The position numbers and the translations under genes were made by a program. 64,000 bases of DNA from assembly GCA_046563655.1 (NCBI GenBank), contig CM102284.1, positions 3,410,001 to 3,474,000 of the forward strand, in the 5' to 3' direction. The notes under the pieces were generated by a model. It worked only from the letters and a program-made list of their open reading frames with translations, did not search any database and was not told the origin of the DNA. Below are positions 14,201 to 26,998 of this stretch, piece by piece (within the stretch, counting starts at the first letter, position 1; every line of letters begins with the position of its first letter). This DNA is from Yuukianura sp. NJ FZ-2021 (taxonomy: Eukaryota).

Positions 14201-16446
14201 TCTTGCGTTTGCGGTTGAAAGCGGTTCCGTATTTGGTTCACTTACTGTTTTGATTTCTGTTTTAATCTTTCCGCAAACGCTCTTTTTTAAATACTAGACT
14301 TTCTGTTTGACGCAAGTAAACATTTGCGTTATCCATATCTGATGGCACACCAAAACCAAAATTTCGCACAAAGTTGACCTCTGAGAGTAAAAAGTGGACA
14401 TATTTTATATGTCAAGTGACATGGTTAAAATAATTGATCAAAAAGTGAAACGGTCAAAAAACAAAAAACGAAAATGTCAAGGTTTAAAAATAGAGGATAA
14501 ATTTTATTAGGCTAACTCAAGTATTCTTATGTTAGACTTTTCAGGGTTTGACTAAATTGTTTTTTACCGTGTTATGGAATTATTTATATTATTTCAAAGT
14601 CAAAACCTTTCTGCTTTTCAATAATTTTGTTCTGAAAACGAACTATACAATTGCGGGGATAGGGTTGGGTCTCCTAAAAAGTGAAAAACGTGTTATAAAA
14701 ATGTTCTAAAAATGACACGGGTCAGTTACAGCGGAGACAGAATGTCTGCCAAAGAAAAACTATTGTTTGGTACTTAAAATGTTTCGACACCTGTCAGAAG
14801 CAGGTGGAAAACGTTAAAAATTTGGACAATTTTGAACAATTTGAAAATTTGAACAATTGAAAAGAAAGGTGTCAATGAGATTATTAAGCTCAATTACCTT
14901 CAACATGAGTACAACAGTGAAATATCACATTTCAAAGGCACCTTTCCCTATTGCCGCTTTTCCTTTAACCAATGCCCCTAACTTTTCAAATGTTGTGATA
15001 GGCCATTTTCTTTTAATTGAATTGCAATTTAAAATAATTACTTGGAATCTAGAATTATTCAGCTGATTGATCAAGAAGCTGAAATCTAAAGCTAGAAATG
15101 ATGAATTCTTGAAGAAGCTAAGCATTTCCAGAAATAGGACTCATAGCGATGAAGAAACTTTTCATCCAAGCAACCTGTTTTAACGAATTTTTTTTCGATT
15201 CATTGAGTAGCGGCGAATGAGTACTTTATTACCTCCAAATGGAATCTCGAGATTACCTGTGTGTGAGAGTCCATCAGTCTAACCAAAACGAAAAGCTTAT
15301 GAAAAGATGAACTGATGCTCATTGTGTTATGGGGATGAGCATCCTTAAAGATAGAGATCACCTAAACAAAAGTGGTTTTGATGTTTTCATGCATCAGGAA
15401 AGGTTAAGGGCTGTTGTGGTACGAGTACAAAAGTCAGAGTAATAAAATTGCTAAGATGAATATGACAAGAAAAAACTAAAAAAGAAAAGAGTCGGCTCCC
15501 TTTGAAGTTTCCTTCAAGTGAAATATTTGGAAAACCTTTGCTCATTCTTCCTTTAAATTGTCTTAAGTGTTTTAGAATTGCTTAAAACAACCATTCAAAA
15601 TGAGTCATAAAATGAAAACTTTTTTTTCAAAATCTCCATCCAAGGACATATGGTGGTCCAGGGAAAAAAGAAAGATTCGTTTTTGAAATGTTTTCAAAAA
15701 TAAAATTCTTTTGTTTTTCAACCGCAGGGTATGATGACCATCACCAATCTACGCCACCGCCGACGACGTCGTCCGCTGGTGGCTGGTCAACGATGTCACC
15801 GCGACCGACATCCCCAGCAGCATGGGCAATGTTGCCACCGACAACAGGATTCTACTGGCACGAACAGCCACTTACTGCCATCCAGCCACCGCCACAGCCG
15901 ACATCATCTTCGTCGTCACCGGAAGTCGCAGTACAGTCTGTCTCTGTACTGCCAGCACCAATCGACCCCTCTTCCTCTCCCGCTCCGACATCAATTTCTC
16001 CGGTCATTTGTGGATCACTAACGCCCGGACTATGTTCGCCCCATTTTTCAGTGTCCGGAGTGACAACAGTGTCGTCGCCAGGTCCCGGCAGGTTATATTC
16101 CGACCAAATCCAACAACTTCATCATCATCATCAAGCTGCCCAGTATCATCACCACCACCAGTATTTCGGACATCATCATCATCCCCATCAACAACCAACC
16201 TTCTTTGACCACCCAGCATCACAACAAAACAACCCCATTGTGCTTCAACACCTTTCACCAGTCCATACCCTAGAAACAATCAACTACTCACACCCAGGGT
16301 CACCTAACAATACAAATCAGCATCAGTTGGGTCCAAGGAATCCAAATGCAGTGTCATCGCGTGAACCGTCACCCAAGTATGAGTCAATTACTAATTCAAC
16401 TCAAGTGTCAAGTGAACGCTGTTGGTCCCCACTTACACCCCCTTAA
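11219..16446 (+). CDS. byn: Brachyury / brachyenteron T-box transcription factor, multi-exon (start codon uncertain)
   Basis: T-box [29 protein letters not shown].../[13 protein letters not shown]...[11 protein letters not shown]...[21 protein letters not shown]...[37 protein letters not shown]-terminal WSPLTPP typical of Brachyury. Confidence 0.92.
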
Positions 16447-17324
16447 CACGGTGGAGTAACTTTCTTCTTAATTTAAGTTTAGTAATAGTTAGGCTAGGCA
16501 CTAGGATCAAAACTATTTAAATTTCAAAAACTCCATTACGTATTAGACATGTAAACAAATACGATAACACGAAATGCTGTCCATATTTGGATAAGTTTAG
16601 AAATGTTGGAATTTGTTGGTAAATGGCCAAGGTAAAAAAAAACAACCAAAACACAAGTTTTCGGATTAAGAATGATTGCTATTTGCTAAGTACCGAGCGA
16701 CAGTTTAGCTTCAGACAAGGAAAGTGCCGGAAGCGATCAACGCTGAGTACTTGTACCTAAAAAGTGTTTTGTCAGTTTTGTAGACGCGGCGTCAGCAATG
16801 AATATGAAAAATAAAGTATTGTTCCGTTTTATGGTTGATGAAATTATAATTCATGGCAAGATGTAACTCGTAATTTAAAGCCAGGAGCGTCTATTACGTT
16901 GTCTAACATCAATTTCAGGCTGTCCAAGAAGCAACCCAACATCGTCTTCGTCAGTGCCTGTACTTTGTCTCCCTAGTCCCTACCCTCCATTGTCCGTGCG
17001 TTGCGTACTTTCCTAACCACTTAGCACCTCTGTAATAAAATTCTGAAGGAAACAAAAGTTATAATGTATTCTTGAAGCTTCAGCGGTGAAAGAAACTACC
17101 TAACCCAAGAAATTGTCTAAATTTAGGAACTTAGCCTTAATCTCCTCAGGTCTCTTTCTGAATTCTAACGAAACAAAAAGGCACAGTTATGTATGAATCA
17201 TTAGGAATTTTCTTTATTAAGATTAACTTATTCTCTTGACTACTGTACCTGGGCATTAGACAAATCATTCCATGTTTGACGGCAGTTTAACAAGATGGTC
17301 TCAATGTGGAGTGGTTTGCCGAGA

Positions 17325-18462
17325 TTACTGCGGGTTGGTAGGCAGATTCAAAAGTGTAGTTTGACCTGTTGGTAGATAGACAACGTTTCTGGATTTGGCA
17401 AGTTGGTAAGCAATGTCCTCTGCTGCTTCAATTCTTCTCAATTCTACCAATCCCTCCCCAGCGTCTCCAAAGGCTTTGGCCAACATCTGAGCCGCCTGCA
17501 ATAAGAAAAAAAAACAAGGTTATTTGGATTTAAGTAAAAAAAAGAGTAAAAGCTAGCTGATCCGACGAAACAAATTGCGCAAAAAAAAGTTGGCTGCAGT
17601 ACCTGAGAGTCTCCTTCTGCGGAAATGACAGCAGCCTTCTTTTGTTGTTCTGCTTTCTCGACAAGAAAACGTGCACGTTCAGCGTCTTGCTGAGCAACTT
17701 GTTTCAACTCAACAGCTTGAGTAAATTCTTTCCCGAATGTTAAGTGTGTCTGGAATAAAAAGAGTTGGAAGATCATAAAAGAAATAATTTTTTTTTCAAT
17801 TAATTTGGTGGCAATTCTTACAATTGAGATGTCATCTAAAATAAGCCCGAACTGCGAAGCTCGTTCCATAAGATCCTCGCTAACTTTCTGTGAAACAATC
17901 TCTCGCTGCGTAATGAGCTCTCCAGCGTCAAACTGGGCAACGACAGCTTTCAGTACTTCATTTGTGATGGATGGTAAGACACGTTCATCGTAGTCAACTC
18001 CCAGTGTTGTGAAAATCTTGGGCAGAGCATCCGGGACAGGACGAAACAAAATACGAAGTGTGATGTTGACGTTTTGTAAATCCTTGGATCCAGTAATTAC
18101 TGGAACATTTCGCGGACGAGCTCGGATGTCAAAAATGTAAGGCTTCTGAACCCAAGGAATGAAGAAGTGAGTCCCTTCTCCAACAACTCCGGGCTTGATT
18201 CCACTGAATCTGTCGAAGATTACGGAACGATGCCCTCCGTCAACTGCAAAGAAATGAAAAGAAAATATTGCCAATAAATACTACAACGTTTAGAATTTCA
18301 ATTTCGCAGTTTTGAGTTTTTAGAAACATGTCGTAAATAAAATTACACTGGAAATGAATGGTTATGCTATACTTTACCATTGTACAATGCCGAATTGACA
18401 ACACTTCCTGCAACTGCTAATCCGAGACCAAGCTGACCAATTCTTGTTAAAAACTGAGCCAT
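17325..18462 (-). CDS. PHB1: Prohibitin 1, multi-exon
   Basis: [43 protein letters not shown]...[13 protein letters not shown]...[31 protein letters not shown]...[13 protein letters not shown]. Confidence 0.96.
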
Positions 18463-19248
18463 ATCAAGCCAATTATTAATGACGTTGTGGACAACCAAAT
18501 TAATCAATCAAGTTAATTACTAAAAACAAATTAACTAAACTCTCTTATTTTATTTCAAGTCTACTCGACTCCCTCGTGTTCCAATTGAATACTATACCAT
18601 ATACCGGTTCCTTTCTTCTGTAGTAAGGTTCTCTGCCGAAGAACAGTTTGTGACATATGTGATTTTTGTGGATGTCTGACAAGCATAATTTTTTTTGAGT
18701 TTAAAATCTGAATTCGATAAAATGAAATTAAATGCAATTCAAATTAACTGGCTTACTAATAATTATATTTACTACACTTATGAAACTAAATCGCTTGATA
18801 TTGCTTATTGCTTTACCTAATAATCTAGGTAGTAATTATAATTCTCCAAGGGCGTGCGGAACAAGGGACATACTTATGCCAACGTCTGAGAGACTGTCAG
18901 TCATGTGACCGCGGATGAATGATGAAACCGGGATGACCAGCAATAGTCAAGAGCGGACGATGGAGTACACGTACGAAAAAGGAAAACAGAGAACGTTAAA
19001 ACCTAGAGATTCAATTGCACGTTCTTAATCGTTGTAAACAATTAAGAGAGTATTAATTTGAGAGGTAGGTAAGAAAGTAAACAATAGATTGAATTATGGC
19101 AACGGCTGATTGGCGATTGGGGAGGGGGACTAAACGGGATACTCGAACTAAAAAGCTTGCTTCGTTAAAAAGGCCTTGTAATTCGTCAACAAACGATTGT
19201 TCTTGTTTATGAAGTTCACAGGTATCCATACTCGAACCACTAGCTGGA

Positions 19249-21342
19249 ATGTCTTCCGAGGAAGACGTTTTATTTCAAGTGAGTCATGTCAAGTACAAGA
19301 AGGATGAAGGTACGCTGTATATGATGTCGCAGAGAATGGCCTGGATTCAAGAGAATCGTGACACAGTTTCGGTGTCACATCGATACGAAGACATTAAATC
19401 TCAGAAAATTTCTCCAGAGGGCAAACCAAAAATCCAGCTCCAAATTGTACTCTATGACTCTTCTACTTTTACGTTTCAATTTGTCCAGCCGGAAGGAGTA
19501 CAAAAACAGTTCGCTCTTCGGAATCAAGTCAAACAAATGCTTCTGGAACTGTTACCAAAGTTCAAAAGACAAGCAAATCCGGAAATGGAAGAGAAGAATA
19601 ACCTCTTACGTGATAACCCCGTGCTCACGCAGCTGTACAAAGTTAGTTGACCTTGATTCGGAAAAATACGTTTTGCATCTAAACCAATTCCTTGTTGTTC
19701 TGTAGGACTTGGTGACGGCGGAAATAATTACTGTGGATGATTTCTGGAAGCATCATGCTATGAAATATGTGACGGAAAAGCCCGTCGAAGACTTCCAGCA
19801 GAGTCTCGGCATCTCATCCGGCTTCTTGGCAAGTTACTTCATCTAAAAGTAATTCTAAATTCTACGAAATCATGGATCTCAATGATCTTGGTTTGATTTT
19901 ACAGAGTGGAATTCAACCTACTACGGATGGTGTCAACGGAATTGTGTACAATCTTACTTCGGAATTGATGAACTCGATTTTCCGAACCTATCCTGCTGTG
20001 GAAAAAAAGCATAAGGAGTGTGTGCCAATTTTAATGGGGGAAGCGGACTTTTGGGCAAAATTTTTTCAGTCACACTACTTTCATCGTGATCGCCTCCCTG
20101 TGTCTAAAGACGTCTTCTACAGTTGTGCAAAGGCAGATGACAAAGAGATGCGACATGAAGTCCATGCTTTACGTCAAACGCATCGAGATATCGTGGCGCT
20201 GATTGACGAAACAGAACGAGACGAGCCCAGGTTTAGTACGTCTGTTGTCAACAATGAAGGTGAAGTTCTGCCCGCCGGCATCACAGCGCACAGGAATATG
20301 ATAAAACGGTATCAAAAACAAAACAGAGAAATCAGTTTTATATGTTTCTTTTAGGTCCTTCCTAAAATAATATCCACGTTGCTGCTAATTAATTGACAGG
20401 TTCAATCAACATTCAATTATGTTGCTGAAAGCATCTCAATCGAACGGAAACTTACTGAAACATAATGTCGAACCAAAAGCTGCTGACCCCGAACAGCCGA
20501 AGAAGAAGCGAAAGAAGGATAAAACTCTGGCGCTTACGGAAGAGGTGACCCCGGATTTACCAACAGAAATAGTAATCGATGAAGCTGTTATCCATGCTAA
20601 TAACGTAAGTATTTTAAATTTTAGGAAATAACGCGGAGAATTAAAAGAATTTATATGACGCTGTTTTATAGGAAGAGCTAATCAAAAAGATTGAACTCGA
20701 CGATTTGAAGAGTGTCGAACAGCCCAACTTCCATAAGCTAAACTTATCAAAAGTTGAACGATACTTGAATGGACCAGTCCCGATATACCAAACCACCAAA
20801 GTTTCTTTAGAAGATGTGACTCGTACAATTCATGGCATGCGGGAAGCTGCAGCCCGATGGAGTGGGAAACCGTACCTGCTGGATGCCAAAATGGCTGCGA
20901 CTTTGATCGGAGAGCTGAGTCCTGGCGGTGCAATTATGAAAACGAGTGTTACGGACAATTCTGCGCGTATGTCTCCCCGTCATACCAATTTCTTTCGTCA
21001 TTTTTGTTTCAGTATGATTTACATTTTGTTTATATGATTTTTGTAGAAGTTGTTCCAGTAGAAGTTGAAACGGAGATTCGGAACACGTATATCTCATTGG
21101 GTGAACTTCTTCGTCACTTCTGGTCCTGCTTTCCTCTAGTCAAGCCAGAAGATTTACGAAAAGTAACGAAGCGACACGAGACTATAAAGAAGTTCGAAAT
21201 GATCAAACTGCAGCAACTGAAGGAGCGACTGCTGCGCGATCATCTTTCACTCAACTTGATGTCTCACCTCAATGAAATGATAAATGCAGCAGAGGTGAAG
21301 TATAGCCGTTCTGTTGCCTCTTTCAACCGTCCAAAACGATAA
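19249..21342 (+). CDS. GTF2H1: TFIIH subunit p62, multi-exon
   Basis: PH-like N-terminus (SQKISPEGKPKIQLQIVL), BSD domains (IFRTYPAV...FWAKFFQSHYFHRDR), LNLSKVERYLNGP, ELLRHFWSCFP. Confidence 0.93.
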
Positions 21343-21824
21343 GTATTTTTTCTTGTGCATTTTTTCACTGTTTGTTTAGGTTGTTGTAACAGACAAACGT
21401 AAAGTAGGTTTAATTAATAGTAAAGTAAGACAATAATGGTTACGGAAAGTTTGTGTAATGCCAACAGGTTCAACAGATGGAATCTCTTATTTTAATAGCA
21501 CAATTTTAACCATTCTGCTTTCACCTAACCATACCGAACTACTAATCTTGAAGCACAGAATTAACTGATTTCTGAGCATTGACTTTCCCCAGTTTTCGAA
21601 CAACAATTTTTTAAACATTTTCTAATTTATACACGAAAACTTTCATAAAAACGGAGGCGGTGACCTCAAATTGACTACAAGTAACCTAGCGTTGAGTATG
21701 TTTTTGTAAATGTTGTAGTTTCCGGTTGCGTTCCGTTTCTGGAAAGCATGGAAAAGTATGTCAGTTTGTGGAATAACTTGGTTAAATTTAAAATTTACTA
21801 AACTATTATTTAAATTAAATTAAC

Positions 21825-24800
21825 TTACTCGTGATCCCACGGACATATTTCAACAATACTTGTTTTCCGATCAGAAATATGGTGTGTGTCGGAACTTTGG
21901 GTGGGTTGAGTGCTCTCCGGAACTGGAATGTCAATTGACGATTCCAAAACGACATTTCTTGTGCTGCAGGTTTCCGTTGTTGTCAGTTGGGAAAGCACTA
22001 CTGTAACTTCCTCTTTGACAACCGACAACTGTTTTTCGTAACTCTGTACTATGTCGCTTGTGTTGTCGGTAGCAAGTATCGATTGGGTTGAGATTACTGT
22101 CGCGGCAGTACGATCGCTCGATGCTGCTTCTTTTTGCGGCGCTGTTGATTGTTTCGGCGGTTCAGTGCTTCGAGAGCTACTGGCCGCTTCGACGGATACT
22201 GACTTGTCCGGAAGCGAATTGAAGCCAGCAGTTGTACTAGGAAGCACTGTTGGTGAAACGACTTGAGTCTTGCCAGCATCCGTAGGAGGAGTAACTTTTA
22301 CAGTCGTTTCAGCAGCAGGAGGACATTGTTGTGAAGTGAGATTCTTTGGAGTTACGGTGGGGGCAGTCGTAGCAGCCAGTATCGGAGTACTTGCTGTAAG
22401 TTTGGAAGCAATCGAAGCCGCTTTTACAATAGGAATTGAATGAAGCGATTTCGCTGCTGGAGTGGGTGATTCATATTTGAGTGATGAAGACATTTTCCCC
22501 TCTTTTTCTGGAAGTTGCTCCAGGCTCTCCCAAGGGCACACGTCGTCAAAACTGCCTTGACACCTTTAAGGTTAAAACAAGGTTAAAATTAGGTTAGAAG
22601 TTGTTAGGATGCTAGGTCAATTGCAACTTGTTAGCTTAACATTGACCTTATGCTTTTAACTTACAAGGCCTTTCCACTATCCATTTTCTTGGAATCGTGA
22701 ATCATGTCACCCCTGGTATAACAAAAACGTAAGTAAGAAAGTAGCGAAAGTCAGATTTTTATGAATTGAACAATTGAAATTGTTCGTACCGGTATGGAGC
22801 ATCAGGTAAGGCCGAATCAGCGTCATTGTGCGATGATGAGAAATCGCTGGGTTTATTGCCAGTAGTGAGTAAAATTACTTCGTCAGTTGCTCGCAGTACT
22901 TCTCCGACGCCAGCAGTAGCACTTTGACTTCCCACGGGGAAAATCATTGGATTCGTCGCAGAAGATTTCTTTTTCGTAGGAGCCGAGAAGTTAAAAAATC
23001 TAAAACAGAAATCAAAAGTTACTCCAACTGCCGATTGACCTTTCAACTTTGACCTTACCTCTTTTTTTGATTAGGTTGAATTGCATTTGCAAGTAGATTC
23101 TTGTAATGTTCTGAACGAATAAAGCGTGGGTAGCAGTCTTTCTTGAGTAACATTGCATAGACATGATTTGCAGCAGGGTCAAAGGTGAAACGGGAGGGCG
23201 TAAAGTTGTTCATTTCCTTTTGCACTGCGTCCATTGTCCTCATGTCTATGTTGATTTCACACGGAGCTCCGGGGGACAAAAATTCACTACAATTTTGAAA
23301 ATTCAAATTTTTTATTTATTTTAAGTGTTTTAAAAATTATTTGGAAAAAAATGTTCGTATTTGTGAGAAACGTTTTTGCATACTTGTAAATTTGCTGAGC
23401 CTTTGTTCTCAATTGCGAAATTGCTCCGTATCTCAAATCTCGAACTGCCAACCAAAAACGTATGTTTTCGTGACAGTATTCCTTTTTCAGGTACGCAGTA
23501 AATTCGCGAAGTCCTAAATTCAATCCGATTATTTAAAAAAAAAGTAAACTTTTAGTGTGTAATTCTTTTTTCAAATAACCTGTTGGATCAAAAACTAAAT
23601 CTTCCATAGACGCCGCCCACTTTTTCACTCGTCTTTCGGTCGGAACATCAACCCTGAAACCAAATTTATAACGTGTACTTTATCTTAAATTATATTTATA
23701 AATTATAAATTATTTTTGATTTTTTGATTTTTTTGATTTTTGAAAAATGTTGTTAAGAAATTGTGCTTGCGTACAGCGCTGCGTTTAGCACCCAAAAGCA
23801 AACGTCGTCACTGATCCATGGATTAGATGGCTGACGTGGAACAAGAAACGGGTCATGCTCACTGTAGGAGTCACACTGCGTCGCGAGACTTTCCAGGGCT
23901 TGGGAAACTGCAACATTAATAAAATTAACGTCGACAAAAACTACAGGTTTCAATGTCAACGTTGACAATTTGTTTCCTCACGCCGTGAAAATGCGTAGAA
24001 TTTCAAAATCGTTCAACAGTTCAACTAATTAATTATACGTTTTCTTAAAATGTGAAATGAAAATTTCGACAAAATTTTTTGGTAATCGAAAAAAATGTGA
24101 AGAAAGCGAGTGAGAGGCAACAACTCGTAACTCATCCAGGTCAAAGGTCATTGCTTACAAGAATACACTTTTACATACCCTTCGTTCTGCTGCGTAAGCA
24201 CGAAAGTCGTAGCAAATCCACTTCGGCTCTCAGATCTTCGATCAAATTCGTCCTCCGGATCTGTTTTACACCTTCGTTTGCATGGAAATTCGGCATATCT
24301 AGGAGTTGACACACGTCAATTTAATTTCAAAGGTCAAAGGTTAATAAGTTTACTCCAAATTACAATAGTTAACTTACACATAGGTGGCGTTTCTACACAT
24401 GACGTTAGGCCGGGCGGTGGACGCAGGACACGCCAAAACGCACGTTCCTGACTATCCGTTACCAACTTGTCTACTTTTTTCCTGTCTTTACTTATACGAA
24501 CCTAAGAAATCAAAAGACAATTTCAGAAATTACTATCCAAACTACAAATTACGATATTTTTACAGAAAAAAATACTGATTTTGACTATACCTGTTCATCT
24601 GCTTGCATAGAAATAAAATCCCATTTTTGTATAAGCGTTTTTCTCAAATTATTTAGAGCTTCGACTTCGTAGTCATCAAGTCCATGTTTTTGCTTGTTGC
24701 GCAACGTCCTCTTTACCAGCCTTAAACAATACGTGACAATGTTTATGTATTTGTCTAAAATATTTGTTTTAAGGATTGTTGGACGTGGGAGTAATTACAG

Positions 24801-25568
24801 TTCTAAGCGAATATACGTACCAAATTGCATAATCGACGTTGTCTAAGCATGGCACTTGTGAAGGCCAATAGTAGGGTGTCTATAAGGAGAAATTGTATGA
24901 ACAAAATTTAAAAATTGATTAACACAAATGTTATTAAATAATTAAAAAGTTTACTTGAAACCGGTAAAGTGAGGAATCGTCTTTAACAGACAAACTTCGA
25001 TTGTCTCCCACTGGAAAAAAGTATCCGTGTTGACAAAGCAAATTCGCCAAATGAATTGCTTCGACTAAAAAAACGTCAATCGAAGTATGATTTCAAAACA
25101 TGCAATTGTTTTCGTTTTTCACAGAAATAGCCACACCATTTCGTCAATTTACCTGAATCTTCTATTGTCAATCGCTCCATGAGCCATTCTGTTCACGAGG
25201 GTTTTATTTGATGAAATTTTTAAATGAATTTGTTTTTAATTTTCTAATTACAATAGATTTTGTAATTAACACTTACCTATCACATCATACCCAGCGAACG
25301 CCGCTGGAATGGAAGTGAGAAACAATTTTTGGCTTCGTACAGGAACACCGTGTTCAGGATCTTGCATTTCTTTAATCAGGTTCTCCATCTAAGCGATTTT
25401 CCAAAAGAAAAAATAAAAGTAAACTTTTTTCACTTTTATTTTCTAAATCTTAGTTGAAAATTAAATGACCTTTTGATACGCAAATGGTCTCTTGTAAATG
25501 ATTTCTTGATGGAGAGGGTCAGGCGAACTAGCGTTGTGTGTCAACAGTTCCATAACAGTCGTCGACAT
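21825..25568 (-). CDS. R7-family regulator of G-protein signalling (RGS6/7/9/11-like; DEP-DHEX-GGL-RGS plus long C-tail), many exons
   Basis: MERLIKEMQDPEHGVPVRSQKLFLTSIPAAFAGYDV (DEP), DSQERAFWRVLRPPPG, EHDPFLVPRQPSNPWISDD (GGL), KEYCHENIRFW...PGAPCEINID...KDCYPRFIRS (RGS). Confidence 0.88.
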
Positions 25569-26998
25569 CAACAAAAACCGATGATTGGAGAAATGAAGAA
25601 CTTCAGTGTTCGTTCACCTCACATTTTAAGTTTCAAATTTAGCACTATCGCTCTAAGTCGCAACTCCCTTTCAATTGTTGGTGATTCCAATTAATTAAGT
25701 TTGTCTATCCAGGGATTCTTAGTGTGCAGAATCAATCAGCCTATCACCCTTCATTTGTGCAGGTTCAGATCGAGCCCTCTTGACTCACTTTTCCCAGGCT
25801 CTTGAAAGAAATAAAAAGAGAAAGCATTTTGCACAACTTTCTCCAGCAAAGCATCGATCGAAGAAACGAGCTAAAAGCTTACCCTCCCATCCCTAGTAAT
25901 GCGTCGCCGTACTCATGTTTTATGATGTCGCGATGTTGACACTCTTCGAACTAACATTGTCCCATGAATATTGGCTATTCCAGTTCTTTGTCATGTAAGT
26001 TGTGCGCAAAGTCCCGTTACAAAAGGTCTCTAAATTCCTCAAACTATGTATGCATTGGCTCAATAATTTCTAAAGTCCAACAAGGCTGTGGAATGTAATT
26101 TTTTCCATTTGGTGTGGTTTAACAATTCACAACGAAATTAAAGCACAAAAACAAATTTCATCGGGCTTGGTTTTCTAATTATTGTCTTTAAATTTCCTCA
26201 CCTTTCAGTCTTTTTCCGAGGATTAGTGTATCCCTAACGCCATTATGTTCACAATATCACAATTCACTTAACTAAAAATACAACACAAGAAATACTGATA
26301 TAAAATCTAATAATAGGAAGAGCGGCAAATCTTTGTAAAATATAATTTTTAATTAAACTTATCGAAATACCAAAAAAACAACAATATTTTTAATTAGTAG
26401 TTAAGTGTAGTGTTGTCAATTCAGTGATCGAGTGGTAATAAAAATGCCGACATGCGATGATGCACAGGGAAGGTTTTTCCCTTGCAAGGCAACGCAAAAA
26501 CGAAACCAAACAACCGGTTTTCGTGAGGACAAGTTGTCTCTATTGTGACCAACGTGTTCCCGCTGTGTAGTCGTCAACACCAAATTTGTAGTTCAAGTAG
26601 TAGTCGTTACAATGTAATTTTTATTTTACTAACATGACATAGTGGTTTGGTATTATAAACACGCCATATTTGCAGACCAGTTTGGTTGCAATGTGCAGTT
26701 TCTTACACAATGTGGTTACAACTGTTCTAATTTACCCGTATGTCAACCACATCAACCTCAACGGACAGAGTAGGGAAACAAAAGGAGAGAGGGAGTCAAA
26801 AACCGAGCAAACGCAGTTCGGAGTTCAAGTTTCGATTCCAGAACACAGTCATCAAAAAGCAGGCCCTGTCTTTTCTACGTCTTTTCCTGATTTATAAAAG
26901 AGTCTATCGGTGAATTTAATTAATCCCGTTCACTGTTTGATTAATTGTGTCAATTCCTCATCCTCCCCCAATCAGTCATCAACAGCGATTATTCTAAA

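Noticed and set aside
15731-16279. Alternative-frame and antisense ORFs over the Brachyury last exon, and similar ones over SOD2, RGS, COPS6 and FAS
   Set aside because: Shadow ORFs of real coding exons with low-complexity codons
24178-24500. Apparent frameshift between two RGS exons
   Set aside because: Re-reading gives ...TSCVETPPM-Y-MPNF... across a phase-1 GT-AG intron; the frame is intact
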